Positions 1 to 13,497 are shown, counted from the first letter of the stretch. The stretch is DNA of 64,000 nucleotides from Candidatus Krumholzibacteriia bacterium (GCA_041484665.1 JBGPIA010000002.1:512001-576000); one strand, 5' to 3'. A program made the numbers and translations. The notes: a model not told the origin generated them from the letters alone.

Positions 1-1100
1 ACCCCGAGGGGCGCCGCTACATGGACTTCCTGTCGTCGTACTCCGCCGTGAATCAGGGGCATCGGCACCCGAAGATCATCGCTGCGCTCAAGGCGCAGGC
101 CGACCGCGTTACCCTCACCAGCCGCGCGTTCTACAACGATCGCCTGGGGGAGTTCCTCGAGAAGCTGTGCGCGTACACCGGCTTCGACCTCGCACTGCCC
201 ATGAACACCGGGGCGGAGGCGGTCGAGACGGCGATGAAGCTCGCGCGCCTGTGGGGGCACAAGGTGAAGGGGGTGCCCGATGGCAAGCAGGAGATCGTCG
301 TCTGCGCCGAGAACTTCCACGGCCGGACCATCACGGTCGTCTCCTTCTCCACCGATCCGGTGGCCCACGACGGCTTCGGGCCGTTCACGCCCGGGTTCAG
401 CATCATCCCGTACGACGACCCCGCCGCACTGGAGAAGGCGATCACGCCCAACACCGTCGCGTTCCTGGTGGAGCCGATCCAGGGCGAGGCCGGCGTGAAC
501 GTCCCGCGGCCCGGCTATCTGCGCGCGGTGCGCGAGATCTGCACCCGGCACGAGATCCTGATGATCGCTGACGAGGTGCAGACCGGCTTCTGCCGGACGG
601 GCCGCAAGTTCGCCTGCGATCACGAGCAGGTGCGGCCCGACGCGATGGCGCTGGGCAAGGCGCTGGGCGGTGGCGTGCTGCCGGTCTCGGCGGTGGTCGC
701 CGACCACGACGTGCTCGGCGTCTTCACCCCCGGAAGCCACGGCTCGACCTTCGGAGGCAACCCCCTGGCCTGCGCCGTCGGCCTCGCGGCGCTGGAGGTG
801 CTGGAGGACGAGCGCCTCGACGCCCGCGCGCAGGAGCTGGGTGAGATCCTGCGGGCCGCGCTGGGGAAGATCTGCTGCAAGAAGCTCGTGCAGATTCGCG
901 GGAAGGGCCTGCTCAACGCCGCGGTGTTCGAGCCGGGGTTTCAGGCCTGGAACGTCTGCTTGACGCTCAAGGACAATGGCCTCTTGGCCAAGCAGACCCA
1001 CGGCAACATCATCCGTTTCGCGCCGCCGCTGATCATCTCGCGCAAGGAGCTCGATCAGGCGGCGGAGATCATCACCAGGGTGTTCGAGGCGATCGCCTGA
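1..1100 (+). CDS. rocD: Ornithine aminotransferase (class III PLP aminotransferase), 5'-truncated by window edge
   Basis: [63 protein letters not shown] motifs; frame stays open upstream of nt 21 to the window start. Confidence 0.92.
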   Translation, partial: PEGRRYMDFLSSYSAVNQGHRHPKIIAALKAQADRVTLTSRAFYNDRLGEFLEKLCAYTGFDLALPMNTGAEAVETAMKLARLWGHKVKGVPDGKQEIVVCAENFHGRTITVVSFSTDPVAHDGFGPFTPGFSIIPYDDPAALEKAITPNTVAFLVEPIQGEAGVNVPRPGYLRAVREICTRHEILMIADEVQTGFCRTGRKFACDHEQVRPDAMALGKALGGGVLPVSAVVADHDVLGVFTPGSHGSTFGGNPLACAVGLAALEVLEDERLDARAQELGEILRAALGKICCKKLVQIRGKGLLNAAVFEPGFQAWNVCLTLKDNGLLAKQTHGNIIRFAPPLIISRKELDQAAEIITRVFEAIA

Positions 1101-1186
1101 GGAGCGCTGGGCGCCCGCAGCGCCAGAGACTGCGCGCCAGAGCTCACCACGGCTGGCAAGCACGCGCCAGCAAGCTCCCCAGTGTA

Positions 1187-1220
1187 GAAAGGGCCGCGCC
1201 CCCTCGAGCGCGGCCCCTTC
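1187..1220 (-). terminator. Intrinsic terminator after groEL, possibly bidirectional with rocD
   Basis: GAAAGGGCCGCGC / GCGCGGCCCCTTC inverted repeat; followed by TTTCTA on the minus strand. Confidence 0.7.
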
Positions 1221-1346
1221 CGTTCCACGGGCTGTCGTCGCCGTACGCGGGCGGGGCTTGAGCCGCCCACGGCCACCCGCCACGGGCGCGTGCCGCAGGC
1301 GCACCATGGGCGCGCGCGATCGCCCGGACGGACGTACGGCGCGCTC

Positions 1347-2996
<1,650 letters not shown>

Positions 2997-3096
2997 TCAC
3001 TTTCTCCTTGGTACGTCTGCGCTTCGTGCGTCTTCGCTTTTTCGAATCGTCGGCTCGCGGTGCAATCGCGCCGCGAGCGGGCGCCGGCCGGGTGGT

Positions 3097-3381
3097 CTAG
3101 AGCACCGCGAGGATGTCGTCGGCGCGGAGGATCAGGTACTCCTTGTCCTCGAACGTGATCTCGGTCCCGGAGTACTTGCCGAAGAGCACGAGATCGCCCT
3201 TCTTCACGTCGAGCGGGATGCGCTCCCCCTTCTCGATCTTGCCCGGTCCCACCGCGATCACCTTGCCCTTCTGGGGCTTCTCCTTGGCCGTGTCGGGAAT
3301 GATGATCCCGCCCTTCTTGGACTCCGCATCGAGGGCCTCGATGATCACCCGATCGCCGAGCGGCTTGATGTTCACCGCCAT
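3097..3381 (-). CDS. groES: Co-chaperonin GroES
   Basis: [12 protein letters not shown]...[16 protein letters not shown]; 94 aa from ATG 3381 with GGAGGAG RBS. Confidence 0.98.
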   Translation of the reverse strand: MAVNIKPLGDRVIIEALDAESKKGGIIIPDTAKEKPQKGKVIAVGPGKIEKGERIPLDVKKGDLVLFGKYSGTEITFEDKEYLILRADDILAVL

Positions 3382-3517
3382 GAACGTCTCCTCCTGTGGA
3401 ACTGGATCCTGCCTGCAAGGAACGACTGTGCGGCAGCGGCTGGCGATCGCGCGATGCGGCGTCCGGCGCTGCCCCGTGAAAGTCGGTTGGGGCGCGGGGC
3501 CCCACGTAGCGGCGCAC

Positions 3518-3546
3518 AATGTAAGACCCGTGCCGGATTCTGGCAA
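3518..3546 (-). promoter_or_regulatory. Sigma70-type promoter of groESL
   Basis: Minus strand TTGCCA-N17-TACATT in an AT-richer intergenic patch. Confidence 0.6.
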
Positions 3547-3566
3547 CCGGACGATTCGACTGCCAA
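3540..3566 (-). promoter_or_regulatory. CIRCE-like (HrcA) operator overlapping the -35 box
   Basis: TTGGCAGTC-N9-GGTTGCCAG versus consensus TTAGCACTC-N9-GAGTGCTAA, upstream of groES. Confidence 0.55.
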
Positions 3567-3627
3567 TGGAACTCCGCAAGCAATTGCCAAAAAATCACAT
3601 ATGGGTGCGTTCACCCGTGGTTTGCGG

Positions 3628-4428
3628 TTAAGTTGCGTTTGGATCGACGGCGTGGAAGTAAAGCGCCGCGGCACCCTCGAGTGTCAATTCTGGCAGAACT
3701 CTGGACGAAATTGACAGGTGGGAGGCAGCCATCCCGGCCAATCCGCCCGTCAGCAGCACGGCCATCCTCGGGTATTGCTGGAGCAATTCGACCACCACGT
3801 GCTCGACACCGCCGATCCCCTGGTGCCAGCTACCGTATCGGACGGCCTCGGCGGAATCGCGGCCGACCCAGCCCTGCGCGGGCTCGAACGGAACTTCGGG
3901 CAGCAGCGCACCGGCGCGCAACAGCGCTTGGTGCGCCGTGACCAGTCCCGGGGCGATCAGGCCGCCGGCGAAGGTCCCCTCCACCAGCAGATCAAAAGTG
4001 TTGGCGGTCCCCAGGTCGACCACCAGGGCGCTGCGGTGTCCGCGCGCGATCGCCGCGGCGATGTTGCAGAAGCGGTCGGCACCCACGCTTTCGGGGCACT
4101 CGATCGACACCCGGTACGGCTTGCGGGTGGCCGCGTCCACCACCATGGCGGGGCGGCCCTGCGCCGCAGGGTCCCGCTCCCAGCGCTGCAACCAGAGCGT
4201 CGTGAGCGGCGGGACCACGGAGGCCAGCGCCAGCCCCGCGATCAGCGGATCGGCCGCGAGCCGCTCCGCGCACCAGCGCAGGGCCTCATCGAGCAACTCC
4301 GCGCGCCCGGCCGAAGTCGGCGCGGGCGGGGAGGGTGGCTGCAGACGCGCGCGCGCGCGGACCGTAGCGCCGTCCACCACGGCGCACGCGATCTTGGTGT
4401 TGCCGATGTCGACCGCCAGCACCTTCAC
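3628..4428 (-). CDS. coaX: Type III pantothenate kinase
   Basis: [32 protein letters not shown] motifs; GTG start overlaps birA stop (GTGA). Confidence 0.93.
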   Translation of the reverse strand: MKVLAVDIGNTKIACAVVDGATVRARARLQPPSPPAPTSAGRAELLDEALRWCAERLAADPLIAGLALASVVPPLTTLWLQRWERDPAAQGRPAMVVDAATRKPYRVSIECPESVGADRFCNIAAAIARGHRSALVVDLGTANTFDLLVEGTFAGGLIAPGLVTAHQALLRAGALLPEVPFEPAQGWVGRDSAEAVRYGSWHQGIGGVEHVVVELLQQYPRMAVLLTGGLAGMAASHLSISSRVLPELTLEGAAALYFHAVDPNAT

Positions 4429-5222
4429 GGCGCTCCGACCTCCGACAGATGCACCTCGCCAGCCAGCAGCTGCCGCACGCTGCCGTCGGGCAGGCGCACC
4501 GCCAGACGGCCCTCCGTATCGACCCCTTGGGCCGTCGCGGTGTAGGCGCGCTCGCCCTCCACGACGCGTACGCGCCGGCCGTCCAACAGCGATCGCTCGC
4601 TCCAGGACTCCCGAAACGGTGCGAAGCCCTCGCGCAGGAACCGGTCGTACGCCGGCTCCAGCCGGTTGACGATCGCGGCGAGCAGGCCCAGCGCCTCGAC
4701 GTCGTGGCCCTCCTGCGCAAGGCTGGTGGCTGCCACGGGTAGCCCCGGCGGCCAGCCGCCCGGCGGCGTCCGCAGATTGATCCCCAGCCCGATCACGACG
4801 GCGCCCTCGGGCACGCGGCGTCCCTCCAGCAGCACTCCGCCCAGCTTGCGCGCGCCGATCCACAGGTCGTTGGGCCATTTCAGCAGCGGGCGGCAATCGG
4901 CCAGCGCTCCGGCAGCCTGCGCCGCGATCAGCGCCACGACCGCGGAGAACGCGGGCATGCGCTCGAGCGTGGTGTCCGGCCGCACGAGCAGCGATGCGTA
5001 GAGCCCCGCGCCGGCGGGACTGTGCCAGGAGCGCCCCTGGCGCCCGCGGCCGCGCGACTGGGCGGCGGCGACGCACACGGCGCCATGGGGTGCACCTTCC
5101 GCGGCCCAGCTCCACAGCTCCTCGTTGGTGCTGCCCACGATGTCGTACGCGTGCACCGCGCGCCCCAGCGCCCGCGTCGACAGACCGGGGAGGACGGCGG
5201 GCGATGCGGGCTCGGCGTTCAT
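4425..5222 (-). CDS. birA: Biotin--protein ligase (no N-terminal HTH)
   Basis: STN, QSRGRGRQGRSW, KWPND, KLGGVLLE, GLGIN motifs; ATGA overlap with nadC stop. Confidence 0.93.
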   Translation of the reverse strand: MNAEPASPAVLPGLSTRALGRAVHAYDIVGSTNEELWSWAAEGAPHGAVCVAAAQSRGRGRQGRSWHSPAGAGLYASLLVRPDTTLERMPAFSAVVALIAAQAAGALADCRPLLKWPNDLWIGARKLGGVLLEGRRVPEGAVVIGLGINLRTPPGGWPPGLPVAATSLAQEGHDVEALGLLAAIVNRLEPAYDRFLREGFAPFRESWSERSLLDGRRVRVVEGERAYTATAQGVDTEGRLAVRLPDGSVRQLLAGEVHLSEVGAP

Positions 5223-6124
5223 CGGGCCACCACGCTCTCCCAGTCGAGACCCACGTCCAGCGCGGGCGCCGAATGCGTCAGCGCGCCGACCGACACCATG
5301 TCGACGCCCGCAGCCGCGATCCGCGCGACGTTCTGCAGGGTCACCCCGCCGGAGGCCTCCAACGGGACGCGCCGCGGCGCCGCGTCGCGCAGCGCCACGG
5401 CGCGCGCCAGCTGCTCGGGCGTGAAGTTGTCCAGGAGAATGCGGTCGACGGGCAGCGCGAGGGTCTGCTGCAGAGCCGCCAGGTCGTCCACCTCCACCAC
5501 CAGGGGCAACTCCGCGAAGCGCGCGCGCGCGGCACGCACCGCGTCGGGGACCGACATGCCCGCGGCGCGGTGGTTGTCCTTGATGAGGATGCCGTCGGAG
5601 AGGCCCATCCGGTGGTTGCGCCCGCCGCCACAGCGCACGGCGTACTTCTGCAGGATGCGGCCGCCGGGCCAGGTCTTGCGGGTGTCCAGCACGCAGCAGC
5701 GCGGGCCGGCCGCCACGGTGAACTGCCGCGTGAGCGTCGCGACGCCCGCGAGCAGGCCGACCAGATTCAGGAAGGTGCGCTCGCCGGCGAGGATCACGCG
5801 CGTGGGGCCCTCGATCAGCGCGAGGGCGTCCAGCGGCCGCACCGTTGCGCCGTCTTGGGTGTGCAGCTCCACGCGGTATTCGCCCGCGGAAAGCGCCAGC
5901 GCCTCCAGCGTGAGCGCCACGCAGTGCAGCCCCGCGATCACCCCCGCCTGGCGCGCGCGCAGCACCGCGCGGCCGCGCGCGCCGGAGGGGACGCACAGCT
6001 CGCTGGTGCGGTCTGCCCGGGCCCCGTCCTCCTCGAGGGCGGTGGCGATCACCCGCATGGCGGCCACCCGTTCGCGCGGGCCGAAATCCTGGGACGGGTC
6101 CGGGGCCGCAGAGGTCACCGTCAT
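5219..6124 (-). CDS. nadC: Nicotinate-nucleotide pyrophosphorylase (quinolinate phosphoribosyltransferase)
   Basis: [37 protein letters not shown]. Confidence 0.96.
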   Translation of the reverse strand: MTVTSAAPDPSQDFGPRERVAAMRVIATALEEDGARADRTSELCVPSGARGRAVLRARQAGVIAGLHCVALTLEALALSAGEYRVELHTQDGATVRPLDALALIEGPTRVILAGERTFLNLVGLLAGVATLTRQFTVAAGPRCCVLDTRKTWPGGRILQKYAVRCGGGRNHRMGLSDGILIKDNHRAAGMSVPDAVRAARARFAELPLVVEVDDLAALQQTLALPVDRILLDNFTPEQLARAVALRDAAPRRVPLEASGGVTLQNVARIAAAGVDMVSVGALTHSAPALDVGLDWESVVAR

Positions 6125-8238
6125 CTCCTCCTGCCCGCCTTGCGCGCCCGTCCGCGCAGCAGGGGCCGGGCCTTGGGCCGGATGCTGCTGGCGCGCTCGC
6201 GCTCCTTCGCCACGCTGACCGGGCCCTCCAGCTCGTGCAGCAGGCGGACCTCCTCGACCCGGTCGCGCAGCACCGCCGCGGTCTCGAAATCGAGGGCGCG
6301 CGCGGCGGCCATCATCTCCTCGGTCAGGCGCTCCACCAGCTCCAGCGGCGTGAGCTGCTCGGGGTGCTCCAACAGCTCCGTACGGTGGCGGGCGGGGGTG
6401 TCGCCCTCCTGTGCCACGCGGGCCGCCGCCTCGCCCGCCGCTCGCGTCGCGGCCAGGATCTCGTCGCGCGTCTTCTGGATGCTGCGCGGCGTGATCCCGT
6501 GCTCCGCGTTGTAGCGCTCCTGCTTCTCGCGGCGGCGGCTGGTCTCGTCCATGGCCCGGCGCATGCTGCCGGTCACCGTGTCCGCGTAGAGCACGACGTG
6601 GCCATCGATATTGCGCGCGGCGCGCCCGGCGGTTTGGATCAGGCTGCGCTCGCTGCGCAGGAATCCTTCCTTGTCCGCGTCCAGGATCGCCACCAACCCC
6701 ACCTCGGGCAGGTCGAGCCCCTCGCGCAGCAGGTTGATCCCCACCAGCACGTCGAACTCGCCCAAGCGCAGTCCGCGCAGGATCTGCACGCGGTCCAGCG
6801 CGGCGATGTCGCTGTGCAGGTACTGGACGCGGATCCCGGCGTTGCGCAAGTAATCGGTGAGGTCCTCGGCCATACGCTTGGTCAGCGTCGTGACCAGCAC
6901 GCGCTGCTGCAGCGCCGTGGTCTGGCGGATCTGCTCCATCAGATCGTCGATCTGCCCCTCGACCGGGCGCACCTCGATCCGCGGGTCGGTGAGGCCGGTG
7001 GGACGGATGAGCTGCTCCACGATCACGCCGGCCGACTTGCGCAGCTCGTACTCAGCGGGCGTGGCGCTGACGAAGACGGTCGGCGGCATGAGCGCCTCGA
7101 ACTCCTCGAAGGTGAGCGGGCGGTTGTCCAGGGCGCTGGGCAGGCGGAAGCCGTGCTCCACCAGGACCTGTTTGCGCGAGCGGTCGCCGTTGAACATCCC
7201 TCCCACCTGCGGGACAGTCACGTGGCTCTCGTCGACCAGCAGCAGCCACTGATCGGGAAAGTAGTCCAGCAGGCAGGCGGGGCGCAGCCCCGGCGCGCGG
7301 CCGTCGAAGTAGCGGCTGTAGTTCTCGATCCCCGAGCAGTACCCTAGCTCGAGCATCATCTCCATGTCGTAGCGCGTGCGGCTCTCCAGACGCTGCGCCT
7401 CCAGCAGCCGGCCCTGCGCCTCGAACGCGCTGACGCGCTCCTCGAGGTCGAGGGAGATCTGGTGCACGATCTCCTGCAGCCGCTCCCGCTCGGTCACGAA
7501 CAGGGTGGCCGGATAGATCGCCACGTCGTCCAACCGTGCTTTCACCTTGCCCGTGATCGAATCGACCTGGGCGATCGAGTCGATCTCGTCGCCGAACAAC
7601 TCGACGCGCACGATGTCCTCGTCGTAGGCGGGCTTGATCTCCACCACGTCGCCGCGCACGCGGAAGGAGCCGCGGCCGAACGCGACGTCATTGCGCGAGT
7701 ACATGATGTCCACCAGCGCCGCCAGGAGCTGGTCGCGGGGGAAATTCGCCCCCCGCCGCAACCCCACCACCTGCTTGCGGAAGTTTTCGGGATTGCCCAG
7801 GCCGTAGATGCACGACACGCTGGCCACCACGATCACGTCGTGGCGCGCTAGCAGCGAGCTGGTGGTGCGCAGCCGCAGGCGGTCGATCTCGTCGTTGATG
7901 CTGGCGTCTTTCTCGATGTAGGTGTTCGTCGAGGGGACGAAGGCCTCCGGCTGATAGTAGTCGTAGTAGCTGATGAAGTACTCGACGGCGTTGTCGGGGA
8001 AGAACGACTTGAACTCGCCGTAGAGCTGCGCGGCCAGCGTCTTGTTGTGGCTGAGCACCAGCGTGGGGATGTCGAGCTCGGCGATCACATTGGCCAGCGT
8101 AAAGGTCTTGCCGCTGCCCGTGACGCCCAGCAGCGTCTGGCAGCGACGCCCGCTGCGATAACCCTCCACGAGCTGCCGGATGGCCTCGGGCTGGTCCCCG
8201 GTGGGCTCGAAGGGTCGGTGGATGCGAAACCCGCCCAT
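6121..8238 (-). CDS. uvrB: Excinuclease ABC subunit B
   Basis: [45 protein letters not shown]-terminal UVR domain. Confidence 0.99.
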   Translation of the reverse strand: MGGFRIHRPFEPTGDQPEAIRQLVEGYRSGRRCQTLLGVTGSGKTFTLANVIAELDIPTLVLSHNKTLAAQLYGEFKSFFPDNAVEYFISYYDYYQPEAFVPSTNTYIEKDASINDEIDRLRLRTTSSLLARHDVIVVASVSCIYGLGNPENFRKQVVGLRRGANFPRDQLLAALVDIMYSRNDVAFGRGSFRVRGDVVEIKPAYDEDIVRVELFGDEIDSIAQVDSITGKVKARLDDVAIYPATLFVTERERLQEIVHQISLDLEERVSAFEAQGRLLEAQRLESRTRYDMEMMLELGYCSGIENYSRYFDGRAPGLRPACLLDYFPDQWLLLVDESHVTVPQVGGMFNGDRSRKQVLVEHGFRLPSALDNRPLTFEEFEALMPPTVFVSATPAEYELRKSAGVIVEQLIRPTGLTDPRIEVRPVEGQIDDLMEQIRQTTALQQRVLVTTLTKRMAEDLTDYLRNAGIRVQYLHSDIAALDRVQILRGLRLGEFDVLVGINLLREGLDLPEVGLVAILDADKEGFLRSERSLIQTAGRAARNIDGHVVLYADTVTGSMRRAMDETSRRREKQERYNAEHGITPRSIQKTRDEILAATRAAGEAAARVAQEGDTPARHRTELLEHPEQLTPLELVERLTEEMMAAARALDFETAAVLRDRVEEVRLLHELEGPVSVAKERERASSIRPKARPLLRGRARKAGRRR

Positions 8239-8248
8239 GGCGGCTCCC

Positions 8249-9544
8249 CTAGCGCGGCGGCGCGGCCGGCACCGGAGCTGGCGGCGGCAGCCGCCACGCT
8301 GTTGCGTCTTGCGGCGGAGTCTGCCGTGCGCCGTCCAGCCAGACCTCCACCGCGCCGGGATCGGGCAGGTGCAGCGTGAACGATTCGTGCGCCGCGAGCT
8401 TCCAGCTCTGGCCGGCCTCCAACGTTCGCGACTGCGCAGCCGCGTCGTCCACGGCCACGACCGCGTCGATGGGAGCGGTCGCGCGCAGCTCCAGGAACAG
8501 CAATTTCACGGCCCCGGGAGTCACGCCGGGGCGCACGATGCTGCCCAGACAGCCGCCGCGCGGCTGGACGACGACCTCCTGCGGGGACGAGCCGGACGGC
8601 GGCCCTGGCCGCTGCCCGCCGCGCGGCCCCGGAGGAATGATCGGCGCCGCGGAGCCCGGGACGGGCGGGGCGCCGGGGAGCGCACTCGCTGGCGCCGAGC
8701 TGTCCGCCGACGCGGCAGCGTCTTGCGCCATGTCCTGCGCGCGTCCGCTGGCGACGGAGTCCGCGCCCCCGGTCGCGGTTGGCGGCGAGGTCGGGGCCAC
8801 CGACCCTGTCGCTCCGGCTGGGCCGCGGGCCAGGCCGGCCGGTCCTCCGGCGGTGCCGGGAGGGGACCCCCTGTGCTCGGTGTCCTTGCCAACCCCGCCG
8901 GGCTGCGCACCCAGGCTGTCCCCCCCTGTGCCGGTGCTCCCGGACCGCTCGCCCGACGTGCTGGATCGTGCGCCCACGCTGCCAGACGGCCTGGGCAGCC
9001 CGTCGGACGGCGTCGCCACCTCGCCCAGCGAGGCGCCGGCCGGCGAGCCCGCGCGCGCCGGGGCCGCCCTCGAGGGCTCACGCTGTCCAGTCTCGCTGCC
9101 AGCGGACGGTTGCTTTCCGCGGCGTCCAAGCCACACGCCGACGAGCACCGCGAGCGCGACCGCGGCGACGAGGGCGAGCCAGCGCCAGGACGGCAGCCCG
9201 CGTCCGGCGCTCGGACGGACGACACGCACCTGCTCGATCCGCCAGGTCGAGCCGCGCGGTCCGCCCGCGCCCGCAGTCCCACCGGCAGCGGCGAGCTGCT
9301 CCTCCAGCTTGCCGACCAGCCCATCGGCGTCCAGGCCCAGCTCGCGGGCAAGCGTCCGTATGAAGTTCCGGGCGTAGACCGGGGTCCCCAGCGGCGCTGG
9401 GTCGTCGCTCTCCAGCGCCTCGATCATGCGTGGGCTGATCCGGGTGCTCGAGGAGAGCTGCTCGATACTGAGCGAGCGGGAGGTGCGCGCCTCGCGGAGG
9501 ATCTCCCCGAGGCTGCGGTCGTCGGTGCGTCCGTCCTCGCTCAT
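8249..9544 (-). CDS. RodZ-like protein (N-terminal HTH, one TM, Pro/Ala/Gly-rich linker, DUF4115-like C-terminus)
   Basis: [10 protein letters not shown]...MIEALE...[17 protein letters not shown]; hydrophobic segment [17 protein letters not shown]. Confidence 0.75.
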   Translation of the reverse strand: MSEDGRTDDRSLGEILREARTSRSLSIEQLSSSTRISPRMIEALESDDPAPLGTPVYARNFIRTLARELGLDADGLVGKLEEQLAAAGGTAGAGGPRGSTWRIEQVRVVRPSAGRGLPSWRWLALVAAVALAVLVGVWLGRRGKQPSAGSETGQREPSRAAPARAGSPAGASLGEVATPSDGLPRPSGSVGARSSTSGERSGSTGTGGDSLGAQPGGVGKDTEHRGSPPGTAGGPAGLARGPAGATGSVAPTSPPTATGGADSVASGRAQDMAQDAAASADSSAPASALPGAPPVPGSAAPIIPPGPRGGQRPGPPSGSSPQEVVVQPRGGCLGSIVRPGVTPGAVKLLFLELRATAPIDAVVAVDDAAAQSRTLEAGQSWKLAAHESFTLHLPDPGAVEVWLDGARQTPPQDATAWRLPPPAPVPAAPPR

Positions 9545-9573
9545 GCGCGGCTCCCGTGAGACGCCGACCGTCC

Positions 9574-12345
9574 CTACTCCAGGACGGCGATCTGATCCTG
9601 GAGCTTCGCGAGGGTCCCTTCCAGGTCCGTCGCGATCTCCTCCTGTTGCTGGACGACCGCGCGGGGCGCCTTCGCGAGGAAGCCGGCATTGGACAGCTTC
9701 GCACGGATTGCGGAGAGCCGCCGCTCCACCCGCTCGCGCTCCTTGAGCAGCCGGTCCCGCTGCCGGGCCAGGTCCACCAGGCCATCCACGGGCAGGTACA
9801 CCTCCACACCCTCCACCACGGCCGCCACCGCGCGGGATGGCCGGCTCCCGGCGGGCCCGATCTCGACCCTCTCCATCTTCGCCAGCAGCTCCACGTGAGC
9901 GCGGATGGCGCCCAGCTCGGCCAAGCGGGCCGGCTCGGCGCGAAGCACCAGCGTGCCTCGGCGTCCCGGCGCAACGCCGAAGTCGCTGCGCAGGCTGCGC
10001 GCCGCCGCGACCAACGCGCGGGCCAGATCGAAGCGAGTGGCCTCGCGCCCCAGCGGCTGCCAGGCCGGTGCGCCGCAGCGGCGCGCCTGCGCGAAGCGCG
10101 GCAGCGGCGCGATCATGCAGAATCCGGCGGTGGCCGGATGCTGCTCCCAGAGCTCCTCGGTGAGGTACGGCAGAAACGGATGGAGCAGACGCAGCAGTAC
10201 CCCGTGGGCCAACAGCGCGGTCAACAGCGCGGTGTTGCGCGCCGCCGCGTCCGCGCCGGACAGTCGCGGCTTGATCGTCTCCAGATACCAGTCACAGTAG
10301 TCGTGCCAGAAGCAGTCGTAGAGCACGAGCGCCGCGTCGTTCAGACGCCGCGTGGCCACCGCCTCCTCCAGGCGCGACGCCGCGGCGGCCACTCGGACCA
10401 GGATCCAGCGGTCCTCCAGCGCCAGCGGAGCCCGCTCACCCGTGGGCGGCAGAGCGCCGAAGGCGCGGCGGTAGAGCTCGGTCCACGCGGCGGCCTCGTC
10501 GTCGTCGGGGAGGCCCTCGGAGAGCTCCGGCTCCATGAGCTGTGGCTGCGCCGCGGGGAACGCCAGCCCACACTCCGCCAGCGCCGAGAACAAGAGCCGG
10601 CTCGCGTTCCAGATCTTGTTGCAGAAGTTGCGCCCGGTCTCGACGCTCTCCGCGCCGAAGTTCATGTCCTGCCCCGCGGGCGCCTGCATCAGCAGCGTGA
10701 AGCGCAGCGCGTCGGCGCCGGATTGATCCATGAGGTCGATGGGGTCGGGGCTGTTGCCCAGCGACTTGCTCATCTTGCGCCCCTGGGGATCGCGCACGAT
10801 CCCCGTGAACAGGATCTCACGGAAGGGTGGCTCGCCGAGGAACTCGTAGCTGGCCATCATCATGCGCGCAACCCAGAAGAAGATGATCTCATGCCCGGTC
10901 ACCAACACCGAGGTCGGGTGGTAGCGCTGCAGGTCCGCGGTGGCCTGTGGCCAGCCCAGGGGGCTGAACGTCCACAGCCACGAGCTGAACCAGGTGTCGA
11001 GCACGTCCTGGTCCTGCTCCAGGACTAGGCCGCCGCAGGCCGTGCAGCGCACCGGCGCCTGCGTCTGGACGGTGAGCTCGTGGCACGTGGCACAGGTCCA
11101 GACCGGGATGCGATGACCCCACCACAGCTGGCGGCTGATGCACCAGTCCTTGATGTTGCGCATCCAGTTGAAATAGACGCCGACCCAGCGCTCGGGAACG
11201 ATGCGGACCGCGCCCTCCTCCACGGCGCGCAGCGCCGGCTTGGCCAGCTCGTCCATGCGCAGGAACCACTGCCGCGAGATGTAGGGCTCGATGATCGTCC
11301 CCGTGCGGTCGTGGTAGCCCACGTTGTGCACGTGGGGCTCGACCTTGTCCAGCAACCCCTGCGCCTGCAGGTCGGCCACCACCTGCTTGCGCGCGGCGAA
11401 GCGGTCGAGTCCGCGGTAGGGCTGCGGCACGCTGTCGTTCAGGGTGCCGTCGGGGTTGAGGATGTTCACGAAGGGCAGGCCGTGCCGCTTGCCGATCTCG
11501 TAGTCGTTGGGATCGTGGGCTGGCGTCACCTTGACGCAGCCGCTGCCGAACTCGGGGTCGACGTGCTCGTCGAGCACGATGGGCAACCGGCGGCCCACCA
11601 GCGGCAGGATCGCGGCCCGACCGCGCAGCGGCGCCGTCCGGGCGTGCGCGGGGTGGATGGCGATGGCGGTGTCCCCGAGCATCGTCTCGGGCCGGGTCGT
11701 GGCCACGACCAGGTGGCCGCCGCCCTCCAGCGGATACCGGATGTGCCAGAGGCTGCCCTGGACCTCTCGGTGCTCCACCTCTTCGTCGCTCACCGCGCTC
11801 TGCTGCGCCACCGACCAGTTGACCATGTAGTCGCCGCGGTAGATCAACCCCTTGCGGTAGAGGCGGACGAAGGCCTCGGCCACGGCGCGGCTGCGCGGCT
11901 CGTCGAGGGTGAACGCCTCGCGCGTCCAGTCGAGGCTGCAACCGAAGCGTTTGAGCTGCTCGACGATCCGGTCGTGGTGCCGGTTGTTCCAGTCCCAGGC
12001 GCGCGCCAGGAACCCCTCCCGGCCGAGCTGCTGCTTGGTCGTTCCCTCCTCCGCCAGGACCTGCACGACCCTCTGCTCGGTGGCGATGCTCGCGTGATCG
12101 GTCCCGGGGAGCCACAGCGTCGGCCGGCCGCTCATGCGCCCGTAGCGGATCAGGCAGTCCTGGACGCTGTTCCCCAGACAGTGGCCGATGTGCAGCGTCC
12201 CGGTGACATTGGGCGGTGGCAGCACGATGACGAAGGGCTCGCCGTCCCGGCCCGCCTCCGGACGGAACAGGCCAGCCTCCTCCCAGCGGCGGTACCACTT
12301 CTGCTCCAGGCCGCCCGGGTTGTACTGCTTGTCCATGGCTTGCAT
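9574..12345 (-). CDS. valS: Valine--tRNA ligase
   Basis: PPPNVTGTLHIGH, ATTRPET, TPAHD, WCISRQLWWGH, KMSKS, C-terminal coiled coil; start 12345 or 12336. Confidence 0.99.
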   Translation of the reverse strand: MQAMDKQYNPGGLEQKWYRRWEEAGLFRPEAGRDGEPFVIVLPPPNVTGTLHIGHCLGNSVQDCLIRYGRMSGRPTLWLPGTDHASIATEQRVVQVLAEEGTTKQQLGREGFLARAWDWNNRHHDRIVEQLKRFGCSLDWTREAFTLDEPRSRAVAEAFVRLYRKGLIYRGDYMVNWSVAQQSAVSDEEVEHREVQGSLWHIRYPLEGGGHLVVATTRPETMLGDTAIAIHPAHARTAPLRGRAAILPLVGRRLPIVLDEHVDPEFGSGCVKVTPAHDPNDYEIGKRHGLPFVNILNPDGTLNDSVPQPYRGLDRFAARKQVVADLQAQGLLDKVEPHVHNVGYHDRTGTIIEPYISRQWFLRMDELAKPALRAVEEGAVRIVPERWVGVYFNWMRNIKDWCISRQLWWGHRIPVWTCATCHELTVQTQAPVRCTACGGLVLEQDQDVLDTWFSSWLWTFSPLGWPQATADLQRYHPTSVLVTGHEIIFFWVARMMMASYEFLGEPPFREILFTGIVRDPQGRKMSKSLGNSPDPIDLMDQSGADALRFTLLMQAPAGQDMNFGAESVETGRNFCNKIWNASRLLFSALAECGLAFPAAQPQLMEPELSEGLPDDDEAAAWTELYRRAFGALPPTGERAPLALEDRWILVRVAAAASRLEEAVATRRLNDAALVLYDCFWHDYCDWYLETIKPRLSGADAAARNTALLTALLAHGVLLRLLHPFLPYLTEELWEQHPATAGFCMIAPLPRFAQARRCGAPAWQPLGREATRFDLARALVAAARSLRSDFGVAPGRRGTLVLRAEPARLAELGAIRAHVELLAKMERVEIGPAGSRPSRAVAAVVEGVEVYLPVDGLVDLARQRDRLLKERERVERRLSAIRAKLSNAGFLAKAPRAVVQQQEEIATDLEGTLAKLQDQIAVLE

Positions 12346-12500
12346 GGCGGGCCGGGCGCTCCTTCCGGCCGACGTCGCGGCGGGGTGGCAAACGGGCGGA
12401 GGGCGTACGCTAGCACGCGCGCTCGCGGAGAAGCAACCCAGGCCAAGGCGTGGCACCAGGCGGGGCGTGGCCGCACCGTCATTGCGCGGCCAGCGCGCGC

Positions 12501-13301
12501 CTACTTCTTCACGAGCAGGCGCACGAGCGCAGTCACGGCTTTGGTGCGAAAGCCGGGCAGCTCGTAGCGCGCCTGCGCCGGCGTGCGCCGGCCGGTTGCG
12601 TACGACGCGTCCCCCCTCCAGAGCGGCTGTCCGCGCCGCAGATCGACCAGCTCCCCCCACAGCACGCCCTTCACGACGGTGTAGGGCACCGTCCCGCCGT
12701 CGAGCGGCCAGGGGACCTGATGGATGTCGGGGATAAGGATCTGCGACCCGCGCTCGTCCTGCTCGTCCAGCCAGGTGAGCAGCAGTTGGTCGCAGCCGAG
12801 CCAGGCGCGCAGGTCCTGGTATCGCTGCTGCGCCACCGGCTCGCCCCCAGCGCGCATGCGCTGGACGGCAGCCAGCAGCGACGCCGGAGTGGGATTGGCC
12901 GCCGCCCGGGTTTGCACGTCCTCGGGCAGGACGAGCCGGGCGCCGCCGAGCTCAACCATGGACTCGAGCTGGAGCTGGCGTGACAGCTCCTGGCTGATCG
13001 CGCTTGCGACGGAGCCGGCGTCCGACCGGGGGCCCGGCACGAAGCAGGGCGCGATCACCATCCCCTGCCGGAGCGCCTCGGGCAGGGAGGGAGCACGCTC
13101 GGCAACGCGAGTCTCGATCTCCGCTCCCCCCCCACATCCAGCGAGCGCCGCCGTCCACGCGATCGCGCGCAGCACCCGGGCGAGCGGGGCCACCGCCCGC
13201 TCGATCGCAGGCAACGCCCGGCGGGCCCAGGCGCGCAGCAGCCCATCCGGCCGCCGCGCCCCGGTCTGCGGAGTCGCGTCTTCGCCGCACGCAGGTCGCA
13301 T
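12501..13301 (-). CDS. Hypothetical lipoprotein
   Basis: Lipobox-like AALAGC followed by GGG; fills the gap upstream of valS; start uncertain. Confidence 0.55.
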   Translation of the reverse strand: MRPACGEDATPQTGARRPDGLLRAWARRALPAIERAVAPLARVLRAIAWTAALAGCGGGAEIETRVAERAPSLPEALRQGMVIAPCFVPGPRSDAGSVASAISQELSRQLQLESMVELGGARLVLPEDVQTRAAANPTPASLLAAVQRMRAGGEPVAQQRYQDLRAWLGCDQLLLTWLDEQDERGSQILIPDIHQVPWPLDGGTVPYTVVKGVLWGELVDLRRGQPLWRGDASYATGRRTPAQARYELPGFRTKAVTALVRLLVKK

Positions 13302-13497
13302 CTCCAGAGGGGCGGCCGCAAGGGCGCTCCCACACCTCCCTGATCCGATTCCCGCGCCGCCGGCCACGGAGCACCGCGGCGCAAAGCAACGCTGTGCCAC
13401 CGCGGCCCCCGTGTCAACGACGGCCCGCAAACCATGGGCCGCGTCGGATTTCCTTGGATTCCCGGCAATTGGCCGCTTCCCTCGCTTGCGCGCGGTT

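Noticed and set aside
3053..3078. Stem-loop between groES and groEL as an ncRNA
   Set aside because: Short intercistronic hairpin without a U-tract; more likely an mRNA stability element
13385..13399. Minus-strand TGGCACAGCGTTGCT as a sigma54 promoter
   Set aside because: Spacing is 9 nt
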